A DNA stretch of 63,161 nt, counting the filler, from Octopus bimaculoides (taxonomy: Eukaryota): NCBI RefSeq assembly GCF_001194135.2. It is 5 parts of 4 records of this genome, joined end to end, with 100 filler letters (N's around TTAATTAATTAA, not from the genome) between each part and the next. Parts side by side here need not be neighbours in the genome. Positions count along the whole stretch, not along the records: positions 1 to 18,533 come from NC_068985.1; 4 more parts are not named here. One strand, given 5' to 3'. Positions within the stretch are counted from its first letter, which is position 1. Each line of letters opens with the position of its first letter. Shown in pieces: positions 1 to 13,808 of this stretch. The position numbers were made by a program, and so were the translations under genes. Under the pieces are notes generated by a model that ran no database searches, was not told the DNA's origin, and was given only the letters and a program-made list of their open reading frames with translations.

Positions 1-47
<47 letters not shown>

Positions 48-95
48 CATACATACATACATACATACATACATACACATATATATATATACACA
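1..95. repeat. (TA)n/(TACA)n microsatellite
   Basis: Direct reading of the tandem repeats. Confidence 0.95.
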
Positions 96-558
96 CATGC
101 ATTCTTGCAAGATGAAACCAAAGTGTATCTGATCTAACAGAATTATTTTTTTACAATGTGACTGATTTTTCTTAATAATCAACAACATTAATAATGTATA
201 CAAAATACATAGAAAAATATAATTATATGAAACAATATAGTTGAAATATTAAAAAACATATTTCTGAAAAATATTATGAATACATATACATGTGTATGTG
301 ATACATATACATGTATATGTGTGTGTGTATATCTGTATATGTGTATGTATTTATATCTGTCTGTGTATATATATATGAATATATATATATATATTGTGGT
401 TTTAGAGTCAGGATTTGACTGCTATTTTTTCAGCGTGGTGGTATCTCTTGATACCCTGTATTATAATTTTAAATAATTTTAAATAATTATTACCTTTGAT
501 GGTTTTTATTCCCATGCTGACCACTTGATAAGATCAATATTTTAAATATCGATCTTAT

Positions 559-609
<51 letters not shown>

Positions 610-954
610 CTTTGTGTGTTTGTGTTTTGAATTGTATTTTAATATGGGAAAGACTATTCTTTAATGCTGATTCTATGAACTAAAATTGTTTAACACTATC
701 ACTATTTTGGTATTTGTACTGTTTTAAGAGCCCATTGCATATTTTTGTGAACAATTTAAAAATAAGTACATTGTATTTTGTTTCCCAATTTCTGGTTTAT
801 TTAGTCAGAGAAAAAAAGAAACAATATTGATTTTTTTAGAGTTTTACATGAATTTGTACATGCATTTTTACAATACATCATTAACAGTCATTGTCCAAGT
901 CTTACATCTATTTTTGTTTATGATCAAATTTTTTTTTAATAAAACTGCTCAAAG

Positions 955-1160
955 TGTTTGTTGTTGTTTATCCACAGGTCAGCATTGTTCAAGCAGACTT
1001 GTATTGAAAATTGTTCCAACCATGACCTTTCTGATATTTTCTTTTTTTTTTTTTTGTCATAATATATTTAGCATTACACTATCCAGTGTGTCTGTCCTAT
1101 TTTCTTTTTATAGTATTCTGTGATCCCTTGAAGAATTATTTACTTTTTCTATTTGAACTC
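955..1160 (-). mobile_element. SINE-like family E, decayed copy, (AAC)n tail
   Basis: ttgttgtttatccacaggtcagcattgttcaagcagac...catgacc aligns with copies at 1443-1640, 26178-26385 and 26415-26492. Confidence 0.6.
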
Positions 1161-2760
1161 TTGTCAAGTTAATCACACAAAATTTTGTAATTGCTTCATT
1201 TAGCCATTGCAATCAACTATAGTTTGCTCAAAGTGAATCTATTTTAGTTTGATGGTGATGAGATTGATTGAAACTAGGCTCTGATCTGAGTGCTTCTGCT
1301 ATGATCCGTCTCATTAGCTCTCTCTTAGCTGTTCTTTCATGAAGTGGATACAGAAGTGTTTCAACCTTCAGTTCACTGTCAGTGATGATACACTAACAAA
1401 ATTTGTTTTATTATATATTTTGTTATCACAGTGTAAGGCTGTAGTTGCTGCTCTTGTTTAATTACCAGATCAGCCTTGTTCAAGCAAATCCAGGTTCAAA
1501 AGCTTCTAGTCAGGATTATCCCATCTTATTTTCAGGGCTTGCATATCTAGAACTATATTATTCAATGTTTTCAATTATCAGCTGATATCATGTGATACGA
1601 GGGAGATGTGGCAGCTGTTATATCAAAAGGTTGAGTGACCATTTAAATGTTTTCTTAGCTCACGTAATACTGCAATAAATAAGTTATTTGTAATTCTTTT
1701 AAAGTCTCTGAATGTAACCCTTTCATATTCAAAGTAACTTTCTCCCAAAATGAAGAATAGGCCTCAACTATATTCATAATAGCAGCTCTGTCAGCTTTCT
1801 GAAAGATAGAAAGTGTGAGTTGAAAATTGCTGAGAAGCAACATGGCCTGGCCTTGCCATGAAAGATTAAATCATAAAAAAATGTATGGTTAATAGCTTCT
1901 TATCATGACATTTATGCTGCTGCATCTCATCAAATGAAATCAGTCTTGAGCTTTTTTTGCCAGTTTGTTGTTTACATTAGAGCAACAAACAGAATTTCTG
2001 TCAAAAGAAATTGAAATATTGAAAGTTGAATGAGCAGCAGAACAACTTTTATAGAAAAATGCCACCCTTATTGTTGATGCAACAATGATATCTGGTTGAT
2101 CCAAACAGGTTTACATATACATGCTCAGTAAGAGTTCTCTGGAAATATGTGTTTCTTGAGCTTTAGGACATTAATAAAGAAGTAATATGAACATGGGCTA
2201 TTTGTATTGCATGTTATCCATTAATATGTTGAAAGCATGTCATTACTTTTGGTTCCAAGTCCCATTTCAGCTGTTTGCTCTAGTTCTAAGCAGGTTGTTG
2301 TTGACAATGTCTGGCAATGATGAAAAAATTCTGATGCATCAGTTAGGGGCAGATGAGCTGATTGAAGTAAGTTCCATTTTGAAAAGATATTTGCAAATCA
2401 GTGAGAATATATTTCTCTAACTATTTATTATCATTGTTAGGTTGTTGCAGTCAGTGATCTTGTACCATACACAAGTTATGATTTTGAAAGAATAGTAATT
2501 GATTTGCAATTTCACAAAATAATGATATTTAGATGTATCTCAAGCACGAGGTACAGAATTAATAGCCAAATCACATGTGTTACTCATGGCTCATACAAAT
2601 TCATCACTAGGCTTCATAAGACTCGTCTCTAAAGTTGCATTCTTGTGTACTTGCATTGTTGTTTCTCAGCAATTTTCAATTCCTAAAATGAGCTTGTCTC
2701 AGATTTGTGCTTCAAAATCATACTGGGTTGACAAAGTATATTTTTCCACTTGAAAATCAT
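1160..2760 (-). mobile_element. Possible highly decayed Ty3/Gypsy internal remnant, interrupted by a family E copy
   Basis: Minus-strand translation RIIAEALRSEPSFNQSHHHQ...LNEAITKFCV (about 1350-1170) loosely resembles the integrase H2C2 region. QI*DKLILGIEN (about 2690) loosely resembles gag RDRLVxGI. Domain order fits, but there are many stops and similarity is weak. Confidence 0.3.
1443..1640 (-). mobile_element. SINE-like family E, decayed copy
   Basis: ttgtttaattaccagatcagccttgttcaagca...tatctagaactatattattcaat...gagggagatgtggcagctg matches 26178-26385. Confidence 0.6.
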
Positions 2761-3587
2761 CTTTGTATGAGAGTGCTTTTGTTAGTACACACCTATTGCT
2801 TTTGTTAGTACACACCTATTGTTTTTTTTTGTTTTTTTTGGCATTCATCTTTGAAATTAATTTCATTAAAGGGAAAATAAAATAAAGCAGTCAGAATTTC
2901 TACAAAACAAATATAAAAGCATAGTTATCTGCTATACTTTTATATAGAAATGTTGGATTCCTGAAAATTTTATCGCAACATGCTATTTACTAATGTGAAA
3001 TCACTTTTCCATAGATTTTTATTTTACATGGAAGTCAACAGAAAATATATTTCACATGATAAAATTTGATATGATGACAAAATTTTCAGAAATGCAACAT
3101 TTCCATAACATTGCTATAACATTGCCTAGGAGATGCCTAGCCTGTATGTCATGAAACTTCAACCAAAGACAACCAAACTACTATACACCAATGCATTGCA
3201 GTAGAAGTAAAATGAAAGTATTTGTCATTTGACTTCAAGGAAATACCGTCTTCATTAAAAAAAAAAAAAATGTGAAAAGGTGAAATTCAGGCCATGGCTA
3301 ATGTTATTGTATGTCTGCCTTAACTTTGTAATGAATTCAAAATATTGATTTAGATGGTATCTCGATATTTAATGTTTTTTTATGAGTTTTGCTTGTTTGG
3401 CAAGTGATTTGATCTGGGATCATGTTGTGTTAGAACTCAAATAATTGCATTGTGTTAGCCACATTGTGTTAGCCACTAAAACAATATACACACTGCTGTA
3501 TTCTGTTTTGCATTGTTATTTTCTAACAATATTAATTAATATAATTGTGTCATTAAATATAGCATAAGGTGAAAAACTGGCAGAATC

Positions 3588-3765
3588 ATTTGCACATTGG
3601 ACAAAATGCTTAGCATTGTTTTGTCCATCTTTACATTCTGCTGAGGTCAACTTAGCCTTTTATCCTTTTGGGGTCGATAGAATAAGTACCAGTTGAACAC
3701 TGGGGCAATATAATTGACTGCTTCCTCTCCCAAAATTTCAGGCCTTATACTTATAGCAGTATATA
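3588..3765 (+). mobile_element. tRNA-derived SINE family B, CpG-decayed copy
   Basis: Aligns with 38031-38260 and 54160-54396, with nearly every CpG converted to TG or CA. Confidence 0.85.
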
Positions 3766-4203
3766 ATAGTTATATAATAGTGTTATTATGTAACACAGTT
3801 TTTCATGGAAAATCTGATTTGATCACTGATACTCCACTTCACCATATTGAAATCTGCTGTATTTCTTTAAAAATTACACTTTTACTACTTTTAGCCATGA
3901 CTGTGGCCATGTTGGAGTCTTACCATCATGTCTGATATTAAAATTAAAAATGATAAATAATGTAGAAGTGTATGTGTTTTAATGGCTGCTACAATTCTAC
4001 CACAATGTTTAGCATATGCATTTGGTGGGAAAAATATCTAGTGTCACAGAAGTAAGTATCTTATTCAAAATTGATCCATGAAATTTTCTAATTTCTTTCT
4101 TTCATATTTTATTCTATTTTCAAATAAGCATGGTAGAAGGACACCAACTCTCAATCATTTTGTCATAAAGAAATTTGTCATTATACAATTTTTATGAATA
4201 TAC

Positions 4204-4234
<31 letters not shown>

Positions 4235-6169
4235 AATATTTTTCCCTAAAGTGCAGTGTTGAAACTCAGTTTTTACCTCCTCTTTCAGTCCGTCAATCTT
4301 TTAAATTAGTGCTTGACATTGTTTGCAATCTAAAAAGCCTTGCAAGAAAATTGGCTTTCAGTAAAAGTAGTGTCAGTTAGGGTTAGGGTTTAGCTCCAAT
4401 CCTTAATCGAATGTCATCATAATTAATTGGGTTAATTTGAAATTAATATAATTGAAAATATATACAATTATTTAAAACAAATAATTTCATTCATTGTCTT
4501 ACTATCCTTAGTTATTTTCATTGATTTTTACAATTTATATATTTCTCAAATTTGATTCTTTAAAATTCTTTGAAATGTATTTGTTTTGATGTAAAATAAA
4601 ATCTATTTAAATTTATATATATATTGTTTGCTTTCTTCTTATTTATATGAAGTTCAGTGATCCTGAATTCCTGCTATATTTGATTAGAAATGTTTCTTAT
4701 TTGTCAGCATGGCATTTATCTATTCAGCCATTTAATTTTTAAAGCATCCATTATTTAAATGCTACAGAACACATCATATAGTGGTAAAACAAATTTATCA
4801 ACATAATTGTATTGTTCAGGTTTCCTTTAATAATCCTCTTCTCTATATTACATTTCCTTCTTCTTTACCTATATCAAATTTTCTATCATTCTCTTTATCT
4901 TTATCTTCCTACTTATCTCTTAAGCAAATTTATCTTTTCCCTCTTCTACTTCTCACTTCCCATGCCTCCCATTTCATATTTATCTTTAATTCCTTCTCTT
5001 TATTTCAGTTATTTATGTGCATTCCCTTCCAGCCATTCCATATTTCACATATCTGTCTTTTATTACATATTTAAACTCTTTATTTCTCACCTTTTGACGT
5101 TGACTTTTCCTTTCTTTTACATCGTCTTTCAAAACTACAAAGAATTTTAATTTGAAATAAATGGCACAAAATTTTAGATCTAAAGAAATGTAAGTCAGCA
5201 GAAAATATGAGGTTAATCTTGTTCAATAATAAGTAGAAAGTGAAAGTAAACAAAACCTGTTGTGGAATTCAGAAGCATTAACAGTGTTCAGATAACATTT
5301 AGCTGCTAGACATCAAATGGGTTGATTGGCAAATTAGCGCCAGTAATTTCCTGTCAAATATATCTTGAGTGGCTTATATTTAGTCAAGCTATCAGGCTGT
5401 ATATAAAACCATACACTGAGTATAAATTCATATCAAAAGAGATATTTTTGAGTGTTCATTTTCATTCTACTTGTGGCAGTGTTAATACACCTAAGGTTAC
5501 AGTGTAAAGGAAACGGTTATTGATAAGTAGAACAGAATTAGCCTAATTTAGGGCAATTGAGAAACAAGAAGGCTGCAAGGGAAAGAAAAGAGACAGGGGT
5601 AGAGAAATTTAAAGAAACAGATCTTTCAGTTGTTGTATTGTTAGAGATATATATTTCATATAAATAATGATAAAAAAAAATTAGTGTCATGATGAGACTA
5701 CTGTGTGAGAGAAGCAATAGATCAACAAACAAGATGTTGCATTTTTGTTATGTTATTCTTTTCCAATATGGTTTCTCATCTGAATACAGACAAGTTTATC
5801 TTTCATCTTTCTGCAATTGAAAATAAAATAAGTGCCGACAACACACAGGAGTTGGTCAGTTAATTGAACAAGTGTATTTTATCCTCTATAATTACATTGT
5901 GATCCCGATTAAAAGAAATCAGTTATTACCACAACAATTGAAACATAAATCTTAAAATATCTTAATTTGCAAATGATTTCTACCCTCAAGACGGGTAAAA
6001 AAAATCATCAGATTTGATTAAGCAGTACAGTGTATTACCTAGGGCTCAATATAAGAATGATGAACCAATGCAGCGTGTCATCTGATGATGTTTATCTGGG
6101 ATCTTGTTGTGTTAAACTCCAGCTTAAGATTGCCAACAAAATTAAGCAACTATATTTTCACCTTTTGCA

Positions 6170-6845
6170 TCATCATCATCATCATCATCATCGTTTAACG
6201 TCCGCTTTCCATGCTAGCATGGGTTGGACGATTTGACTGAGGACTGGTGAAACCAGATGGCTACACCAGGCTCCAATCTGATTTGCCAGAGGTTCTACAG
6301 CTGGATGCCCTTCCTAATGCCAACCACTCCGAGAGCGTAGTGGGTGCTTTTACGTGCCACTGGCACAAAGGCCAGTCAGGAGGTACTGGCAACGGCCACG
6401 CTCGAAATGGTGCATTTTACGTGCCACCTGCACAGGAGCCAGTCCAGCGGTACTGGCAATGAACTCACTCGAATATCTTTTCACGTGTCACTGGCACAAG
6501 TGTCAGGGGTGACGTTGGTAATGATCATGCTCAAATGTTGCTATTTACGTGCCCCAGGCACAGAAGTCAGACAGCTGGTGCTCTGGCAACGATCACGCTT
6601 GGATGGTGCTCTTAGTGATCTACTGGTACAGGTGCCATCACGATTTCGTTTGCCCCAACAGGTCTTCACAAGCCGAGTTTAGTGTTGAATGAAGAGACGT
6701 TGGCATGGGTGCCAGTCTACAGATTTAGTTCGATTTTGATATCGATTTCACTTGCCTCAACAGGTCTTCTCAAGCAGAGTTTAGTGTCCAAAGAAGGAAT
6801 GTTATGCGTAAGTAGGCTGGCTACATCCCAGGCAGAGGCCATTGA
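6170..6845 (-). mobile_element. RTE-LINE 3' UTR-only copy or RTE-tailed SINE (family D), (ATG)n tail
   Basis: Aligns along its length with the 3' UTR of the RTE LINE at 60040-60620, including the degenerate subrepeats. Confidence 0.85.
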
Positions 6846-6894
6846 AATGAGATTTAAACTTTAAAGCCCCAAGTCAATGATAGAGCTTCTAAAT

Positions 6895-7105
6895 CAGTGT
6901 TTCCTGATCTATTTACTCTCAGGCCCCATTATAACTTGCCAGAAAAACGAATTCCCCGCTGGTGGTTGGAAAAAACATAGGTATAATTTGCTTTTTACAA
7001 TTCCATGTCTCACAAAAATAAAAGAAAAAATTCTGGGTCCTACTCATCACCACAATTTTCCCAGGCCCCACTAGTGGGGCATATGCCCCATGTTACAAAT
7101 CACTG
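6895..7105. mobile_element. hAT (Charlie-like) MITE
   Basis: Termini cagtgtttcc...aaatcactg. Degenerate 8-bp TSD ttctaaat/ctcaaaat (6/8 match). Confidence 0.55.
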
Positions 7106-7479
7106 CTCAAAATCAGCACTCCACCTGCTAGATAGAACAAGCAAATCTCCATCAGAACTATTAAAAATAGAATGGATATACCATGCCTGAAAATAAAACC
7201 ATTCAAAATGATGATAATTACTGGAACACCTTTGCTTATAGGTTAACTCAATTAGGCATAACTTTAGGCTAAGTTGTCAGAATGAGATGTCATTTATGTG
7301 TGAATGCATATGTGTATGCATGTGTATCTTCTCATATGTAATACTGTGCTGCTTGAAAGTGCAGGAAGTGTAATAAAATACATGAAGTGCACAAGTGCAC
7401 TCTGTAAAGTGCTTTGTAAACAAACAGAAACAACAAAATGGAGAACACTGTTTAGTGTAGTCAAAGAACATGACACCCT

Positions 7480-8050
7480 CTTTAGTGTTGGTGTTATGAT
7501 AAAATGCACCTAGTATACTCTGTAAAGAGATTGCTCCCCAGAAAGGGCCTTCAAAATGGAATGTATGAGTAGAAGTTCTCTAACTTGTTAGGAGGATACA
7601 AACTCTGAATAAGAATTGACCAAGACAGTGACAACCTGTCTAAGTAATACCTGCTTGGAAAATGGACATAAAATGATGGTATGATGATGATGATTATCAT
7701 CATTTAACATCTATTGTCCATAGTAGTATTGCAGGACTCAAGAAACTGGATGACTGCATTGAGCTCCACTGACAGCTTTGGTATGGTTTCTATGGCTTGA
7801 TGCCCCTTCTAATGTCAAAAACTGACATATATATAAATATTATACTACACTCAAAGTATAAATGCTCAAAGACTCATCCAGCTGGTGCTATTAGTCTCCT
7901 GCATAATCATGTGTGGGAAGTTAATACCTCTTTGGAAACGGAAAGAAGTTGGTATCTAGAAGGCATTCAGACATAGAAAAGTCTGCCACAACTAATTCTC
8001 ACCTGACTCACGCAAGCATGGAAGAATAGACGTTAAAACTGTGTTGGTGA
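7480..8050. mobile_element. Cluster of decayed family D (RTE-tail) fragments in both orientations
   Basis: atgatgatga/catcatttaacatc tails, ggcattcag...agaaa and gcaagcatggaagaatagacgttaaaac motifs. Confidence 0.55.
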
Positions 8051-9354
8051 TATAATTATATGTAAATGTGTATGTGTGTGTATATATACATATACGTTTT
8101 TCATTTCATATCTGTGTTTCCAGACACACAAACACATACATTTACTCACACACATATACACAAATATATTGGTATGTATACACTTAAATGTAAATCTGTG
8201 CGGATGTATATGTGCATGTGTGTTTGCACGTGTTTGTTTAAGTGTAAGGTCTATTAAGTCAAACTTGTTGCTAAATTAGTTTCTCCTGTCATTTTATATT
8301 CATTCCTCATTTAATGATTAATAAGTTAATTAATGCTCTCACCTCTCTACCAAACACTCACCTTCATTCAGTGTCCACACTTCAGCTGCAACATACTTTC
8401 ACTTCCTTCATAAAACAACCAGTTAAAAGTAAGTATATATAGCTTGACTTCATCCTCCATTTCTTCCTCCTGCTCTCTAACTTCAAAATTTATAAAGATT
8501 GAGTTCAATTATAATTTCTCATCATTATTATACAACATTCATTTATTTTATATCTATATTAATTTCCTAATCTATTATTCATTCATATTTCCATTTTCCA
8601 AAATTTTATTTTGCTTTATAATATATTTAAATTCTATCATTTTAAAATATTTAGTTTTCATTAAATTTTCATTAACATTTTTCTATTTGCACATTATTAA
8701 GACTTTCTCTTTTTTTAAATTTTCTATCACAAAATACGTTACCTTGGTTTCTGGTTCTATAACAAGAACCTGCTAAACAGAAAATATCATTATGAGCTTT
8801 AGTTGATATAGTAATAATAATAATAATATTAATAATGAGAATAATGATAATCATTATAATAATAATGAGCCAAGAGTGTCTCATACTTTTTTCTAATATT
8901 CTGTACATCCAGGCTTTTGAAAGATTACAAATTAATATGAAAGATATTACTACTACTACTACTTACCCACCCCCACTATTCTATATTGTATTGTACTTTC
9001 CTACTGTTATAGTTTGTCCATACTCAAAAAATCACTGATTCAAGTTGTTCTATCACTAACACCATATTATTATTGTAAGCTATCATTCATTATCAAGAAG
9101 TTCTGTTTTGTTCAGGAATTGAGAAAATAATTTCATGTGAGAAAACCGATGCACACACACATACATACATATATAGATACACACACACACATATATACAT
9201 ATATATATATAGATGAGAGAGATATTCTCCATATAGAATACACTTCATAGTGCTCAATAGATTTTAAGCTTGAGCAGGTAGTGGAGTAAATGTAAGGACA
9301 AGCAAGCAAGCAAGTAAGGTGATAGACAAAAAATATTAAATTTAATACATTTAC

Positions 9355-9405
<51 letters not shown>

Positions 9406-10697
9406 GTGTTAACTGTTGGAAAAAGAGTACTTAATATCATAGTAGAGATTAATAATATATTTTATTTTGGTCAATGAGTCTTTTGCTACTCTGAGTTGAA
9501 ATTCATCTGTAAGTGCACAGGATCTTCTATAGATGTGCAACTCCCATCAATTACCAATATGTATTGTCTAAAGATCCTGTGTAGCTACAAGGGGTAATTG
9601 TAGAGTAATTCAGAGTAACAAGAGACTGACTTGAGCAAAATGATAGATACATACATACATACTTACATGCATGCATACATACATGCATACTTAAAACTGA
9701 ATGACATACATACATACATATATACCTATGAGTGTGTGTGTGTTTATGGTGTATATATAATTATGTGTGTGTGTGTGTGTATGTGTGCCATTGTACTTGT
9801 CTTTCACTGCTTCACAACCAATCTTGATTTATTTACATCTCAGTAACTTAGTGGTTTGGCAGAAAAAAAAAGACCAACAGAACCAATAGAATAAGCCTCA
9901 GTGTTACATATGTAAGCACTGAAGTTGCTGTAATCAACTAAACCAAGCATGGGCAACTTGTTTTGAGAAGCAGGCCACATGAGATGTAACTCATCATCAG
10001 GTAAGCTGTGCTACTAAAAAAATTTTAAGGTAATTTTTCATTAGGAATGCTATTCAGAAAAATCCTATAAGCCACAGTTTTCCCATGACTGAACTAAAAC
10101 GTTCAAGATAGTGCTCCAGCATGGTCACAGCCCACTGACTGAAGCAAGCAAGATAATAATGTATACTAACAGTATCAGTGGAAATTTCACAGTTATTTTG
10201 ATGGTTAGAAATATATTAGAAAACTATAAATGTTTCTATATTGTGAGGCAAGATTCTCCATTAATCCGTCTATTTTGATTTAAATCACTCTTTTATTACC
10301 ATCGTAAGGGTTCTTTCTTACTTTCCATAACTATGTAGTTTTTACAAAATGTTGCCTCCAGTAACAAAAACTGTTTTTAATATAATTTATTTTAAAACGA
10401 TTCTTTAGATAGTGTTAAGTTCCACACAGGTAGTAGTGAATGTGCAGTCATTGGAGACAACATCTCTGAAAGGAATAGTCTTTGTCACATTTCCTAGTTA
10501 TCTATTTTGACTTTACATCAAGATGTAAACGATTTTAACTGTGGAATGAAATCAAAGATATAAAGCAAGCTGTTTGTAATCTTAATCTGTGACTGCACAA
10601 TCACACTGGTAAAGTCTTTAAAATAAGGTAAATACACAGCATTACTTTCTTATTTTCAAATTAGTGAAAAGTAGCATTTTTACAAATTAGTGAAAAG

Positions 10698-11020
10698 ACT
10701 GTGCAGTAAGAAGTATTTTTTTCAACAATATGGCTCTGGTTTTAGTTCCACTGCATGGCACCTTGGGCAAGTACGTTCTACTATAGTCTCAGGCCAAACA
10801 AAGCCTTGTGAGTGGGTTTGGTAGATGGAAACTGAAAGAAGCCAGATGCAAGGTATGTGTGTGTGTGTGTGCACACGTTTGTCACCCCCAGCACCGCTTG
10901 ACAGCTGATGCTGGTGTGTTTATAACCCCGTAATCTAGTAGTTCATCAAAAAAAAAAAAAAAACTGGCAGAATAAGTACCAGGCTTAAAAAACATAGGCA
11001 CTGGGATTGATTCTTACGAA
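10698..11020 (+). mobile_element. tRNA-derived CORE-like SINE family A, CpG-decayed
   Basis: ggcaccttgggcaagt...aagccttgtgagtgggtttggtagatggaaactgaaagaagcc aligns with 16984-17400. Confidence 0.85.
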
Positions 11021-11098
11021 TCGTGAAACATGTTTTTATTCATAGCAATAAATATTTCAGTGTGGTGAAAGCAACCATGTTCTTATTCTTTTTTTAAA

Positions 11099-11222
11099 TA
11101 TCTTGAAACACACAAAATGCTAGAAATAATAGCATGTAAATATTTTTTCTATCAAAAAAGGTGTTTTTTCACTTCAATATTTACATGCTATTATTTCTTG
11201 CATTATGCGTTTGCTTCGAGAT
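11099..11222. repeat. Inverted repeat / MITE-like hairpin
   Basis: Perfect 22-bp inverted pair at 11123-11144 and 11176-11197, extending imperfectly outward. Confidence 0.75.
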
Positions 11223-11339
11223 ACTACCAAAAAAGAATTATTTCAGGTTCTCTCAAAAGTTTAGAAAGTTCTTATGGCATCAACAACTATGTTGTTTCCA
11301 TTATAATGTTGTGAATAACTCCAAAATGCTTGAGAGACA

Positions 11340-12090
11340 AAGTGAATTGTAGAAGTTTTGAGATTTTTTCAGGAGAATCATTTCTTACTTTCAAAGAAGT
11401 ACAAAACTCTAATCTACTTCAAGGTACAATCGTCTGACTCCAAGGCACTTGTGAGTGCTCCAGCCACTTTCGTGAAGGACCCACGAAAGTCCTCCAAAAT
11501 GTGAAGTGTCCAGTATACTTGTCACTGCCTCATCTTCTTCAGCTTGAGGAACAACCGAAAGCCACAGGGAGTAAGTTCTGAATTGTAGGCAGGGTGAGGG
11601 GCAGTTTTGATGCCCATCTCTGTCAAGAAGTGGGATACCAGGATGTAATTGTGAACTGGTGCATTGTCCCGGTACAAGCGCTCTGGCCTTTTGTGGCGAA
11701 ATCTCTCCCTGAACTTCTTCAAAACCCCCACAAAGTACTCTTTGTTGACCATTTGACCAGAAGGAAGCCAGTAGATGTAGATGATGCCCTCACTGTCGAA
11801 ACAGGGGATCATTATGAGCTTCCTGGTGGACTTGCTTCGCTTGGCTTCTTGTGCCTGTGAAAAACAGATGTTCGGCTCATACAAGTTAATCCATAACCAG
11901 TCTGGAGTATTTCATAAGTTTCTGTAGCATTTTTACTTCCAAGTTGTTTTCACGTTCTGACTGCATTCTGCAAATTAGTTAACTGTGACAAGCAGTGTTT
12001 AATAGAGGGTGTTCAAAGTGCTGTTACAGCCATCTCCTTGAATCTAGAACAACAAAAGTTGGTAGGTCGGCTTTTTAGAGGTATAGTAAT
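11340..12090 (-). mobile_element. Internally deleted mariner (Tc1/mariner) transposon
   Basis: ORF 11522-11884 has KLIMIPCFDSEGII, VNKEYF, DNAPVH and PHPAYNSELTPCGFRLFLKLK (the YSPDLAP motif, decayed). Upstream KNATETYEILQTGYG and CMSRTSVF is the HTH region, joined to the catalytic part by a deletion. Confidence 0.9.
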
Positions 12091-12145
12091 GATCTAATAA
12101 AATTACAATAATCTAGAACCGTCATAAGTGCTTTTAAAGAAAAGT

Positions 12146-13808
12146 GATTTCTTTATTGCCCACAAGGTGTGCACAAAGATGGGACAAAACAAAACATGTG
12201 GGACATATAACAAAAATTAAAATTATGACAATATGAACAAAAAATGAAAATGAAAAATGGAAATGGAACTACTCAACCCACTTACAAGCAGCCTCATTTT
12301 CTACCTTTTAAAACCTGATCCTTCTAACATGTCGAAGCCAATTTCTTCCAATAGCCTGTCATAAGTTGTGAAACTTGGAAGTAAGTCCCAGTCGTCATCC
12401 AACTCCCAAGAACTGTAACCCTCTTTATACGTATGTATTATTTCCTCCTGTTCTTTAGTTGGTAGCACACACCTGTGAAACTCCATAGCATTATCAAATC
12501 CAGCAGTTACAACTTCTTTTCCATCGTCCCATGACAACACTTCATTTAACAACTCATTATTATATCCATATATTATGTAGGCTTTACATTTCTTTCTCCT
12601 CTTTTTTGACTTGGAGGAGGGGTTTTGAACTTCTTTGTGTGTATTTGACTTCTTTTTTTGTTTTTGTGTCTGATGGGAATGGGTAGGCTTGGTGTCTGCA
12701 GGGGGAGGGTGGGTCTGAGAGGGTGTGTGGGTGTGGATTGGGGTTTACAGTTCGGATCACTTGCCTTCTTCCTCTTTCTTCCTGTGACCTTTTCCCATTT
12801 ATCCTCTGTTTCTGTCACTTCCTCCTCCTTTCTGGGACTCTCTGGTTTCTCTTTTTCCTCCTCCATATTGTTTGGTTGTTTCTCTTCTGCTTTTTTGATG
12901 TTTGTAGTGCAGTCTGCTCTAATGTGGCCTGAAGGGCCACATTTACAGCAGCTTGGAACGCTGCCTTCGACCCTGGCTGTCATTATTGTTTCATCCATTA
13001 TTATTGACTCAGTGATTTTTTCCAAAGTCACATTTGATCCTTGTACTATCAGGTTCAGCGTCTGTCCCTTCCAATTTACGCTATCTTTTTTGTGGCCTGG
13101 GGAACCCCTATGCTGTCCTCATTTCCAAGGAGGACAACGTCTGCCACCCAGGCCACATCAATTTATGGTGGGATCTCTTTGACGCTGATTCTCGTAGTTC
13201 ACATTTCTCGGTAGGTGGGCAAAATCACCACTTCTTTACTCCTGGTAGTTGCCGCCGCCTGTTTTCTCGCTGATACTGCATCTCAAAACCTCACCTCCAC
13301 TACACCAAACATCGAGCCTCTTGTCAGGTATACGATATCTTTCCATATTGGCCTCAGCGCTTTTTCTACCTGTTCTGTAGTGACAATATTTATTTTACCT
13401 TTGCTTATCGAAAAGGTTCGATGCATTGTTTTCTCTTTTATCCTGTTTCGTATCTCTTGCGGGGGTAGGGACAGCTTTACCTCGAAACCATCTCGATTCA
13501 TTTTATTTTCATGTCTTCCGAATTCCTCGATATTTAATTCGGTCTCTCGACATTTTGAAACATCGACAAAATTCCTTTTATTTGCTTTCAGTTTATTGTC
13601 CATTTCTCAGACCGCCTCTAACAACTCCTCCACAGATGACGATATGTCTGAGAAGCTATAGTCTTCCACAGACATGCCTTTGCCATGCTATCTCTTCTCT
13701 TACGAGAAGAGAAAGAACAAACAACCGTAGACACACAAACTGCCGCAAAGCAGCGCACAACAATCAAAACCTCACAAAAGCAATTCAACAGACAAAAAGC
13801 TTCTCCCG
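12146..13808 (-). mobile_element. ORF1-only Tx1/L1-clade non-LTR element with 9-bp TSD
   Basis: Disrupted gag-like ORF1, about 13675 to 12301, with CCHC knuckle CCKCGPSGHIRADC. A short T-rich 3' UTR ends ccttgtgggcaataaagaaatc. Flanked by aagaaaagt at 12137-12145 and 13809-13817. Confidence 0.75.
12301..13675 (-). pseudogene. Tx1-type ORF1 (zinc-knuckle nucleic-acid chaperone), disrupted by stops and frameshifts
   Basis: ORF pieces 13283-13603, 12573-13031 and 12301-12552 appear to be parts of one decayed ORF. CX2CX4HX4C motif present. Confidence 0.75.

Noticed and set aside
4375-4392. Short ttaggg repeats (also about 59795-59830)
   Set aside because: Too short and degenerate to interpret.
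5975-6085. Possible coding bit SSDLIKQYSVLPRAQYKNDEPMQRVI*
   Set aside because: In-frame upstream stop, no good splice acceptor and no recognised homology.
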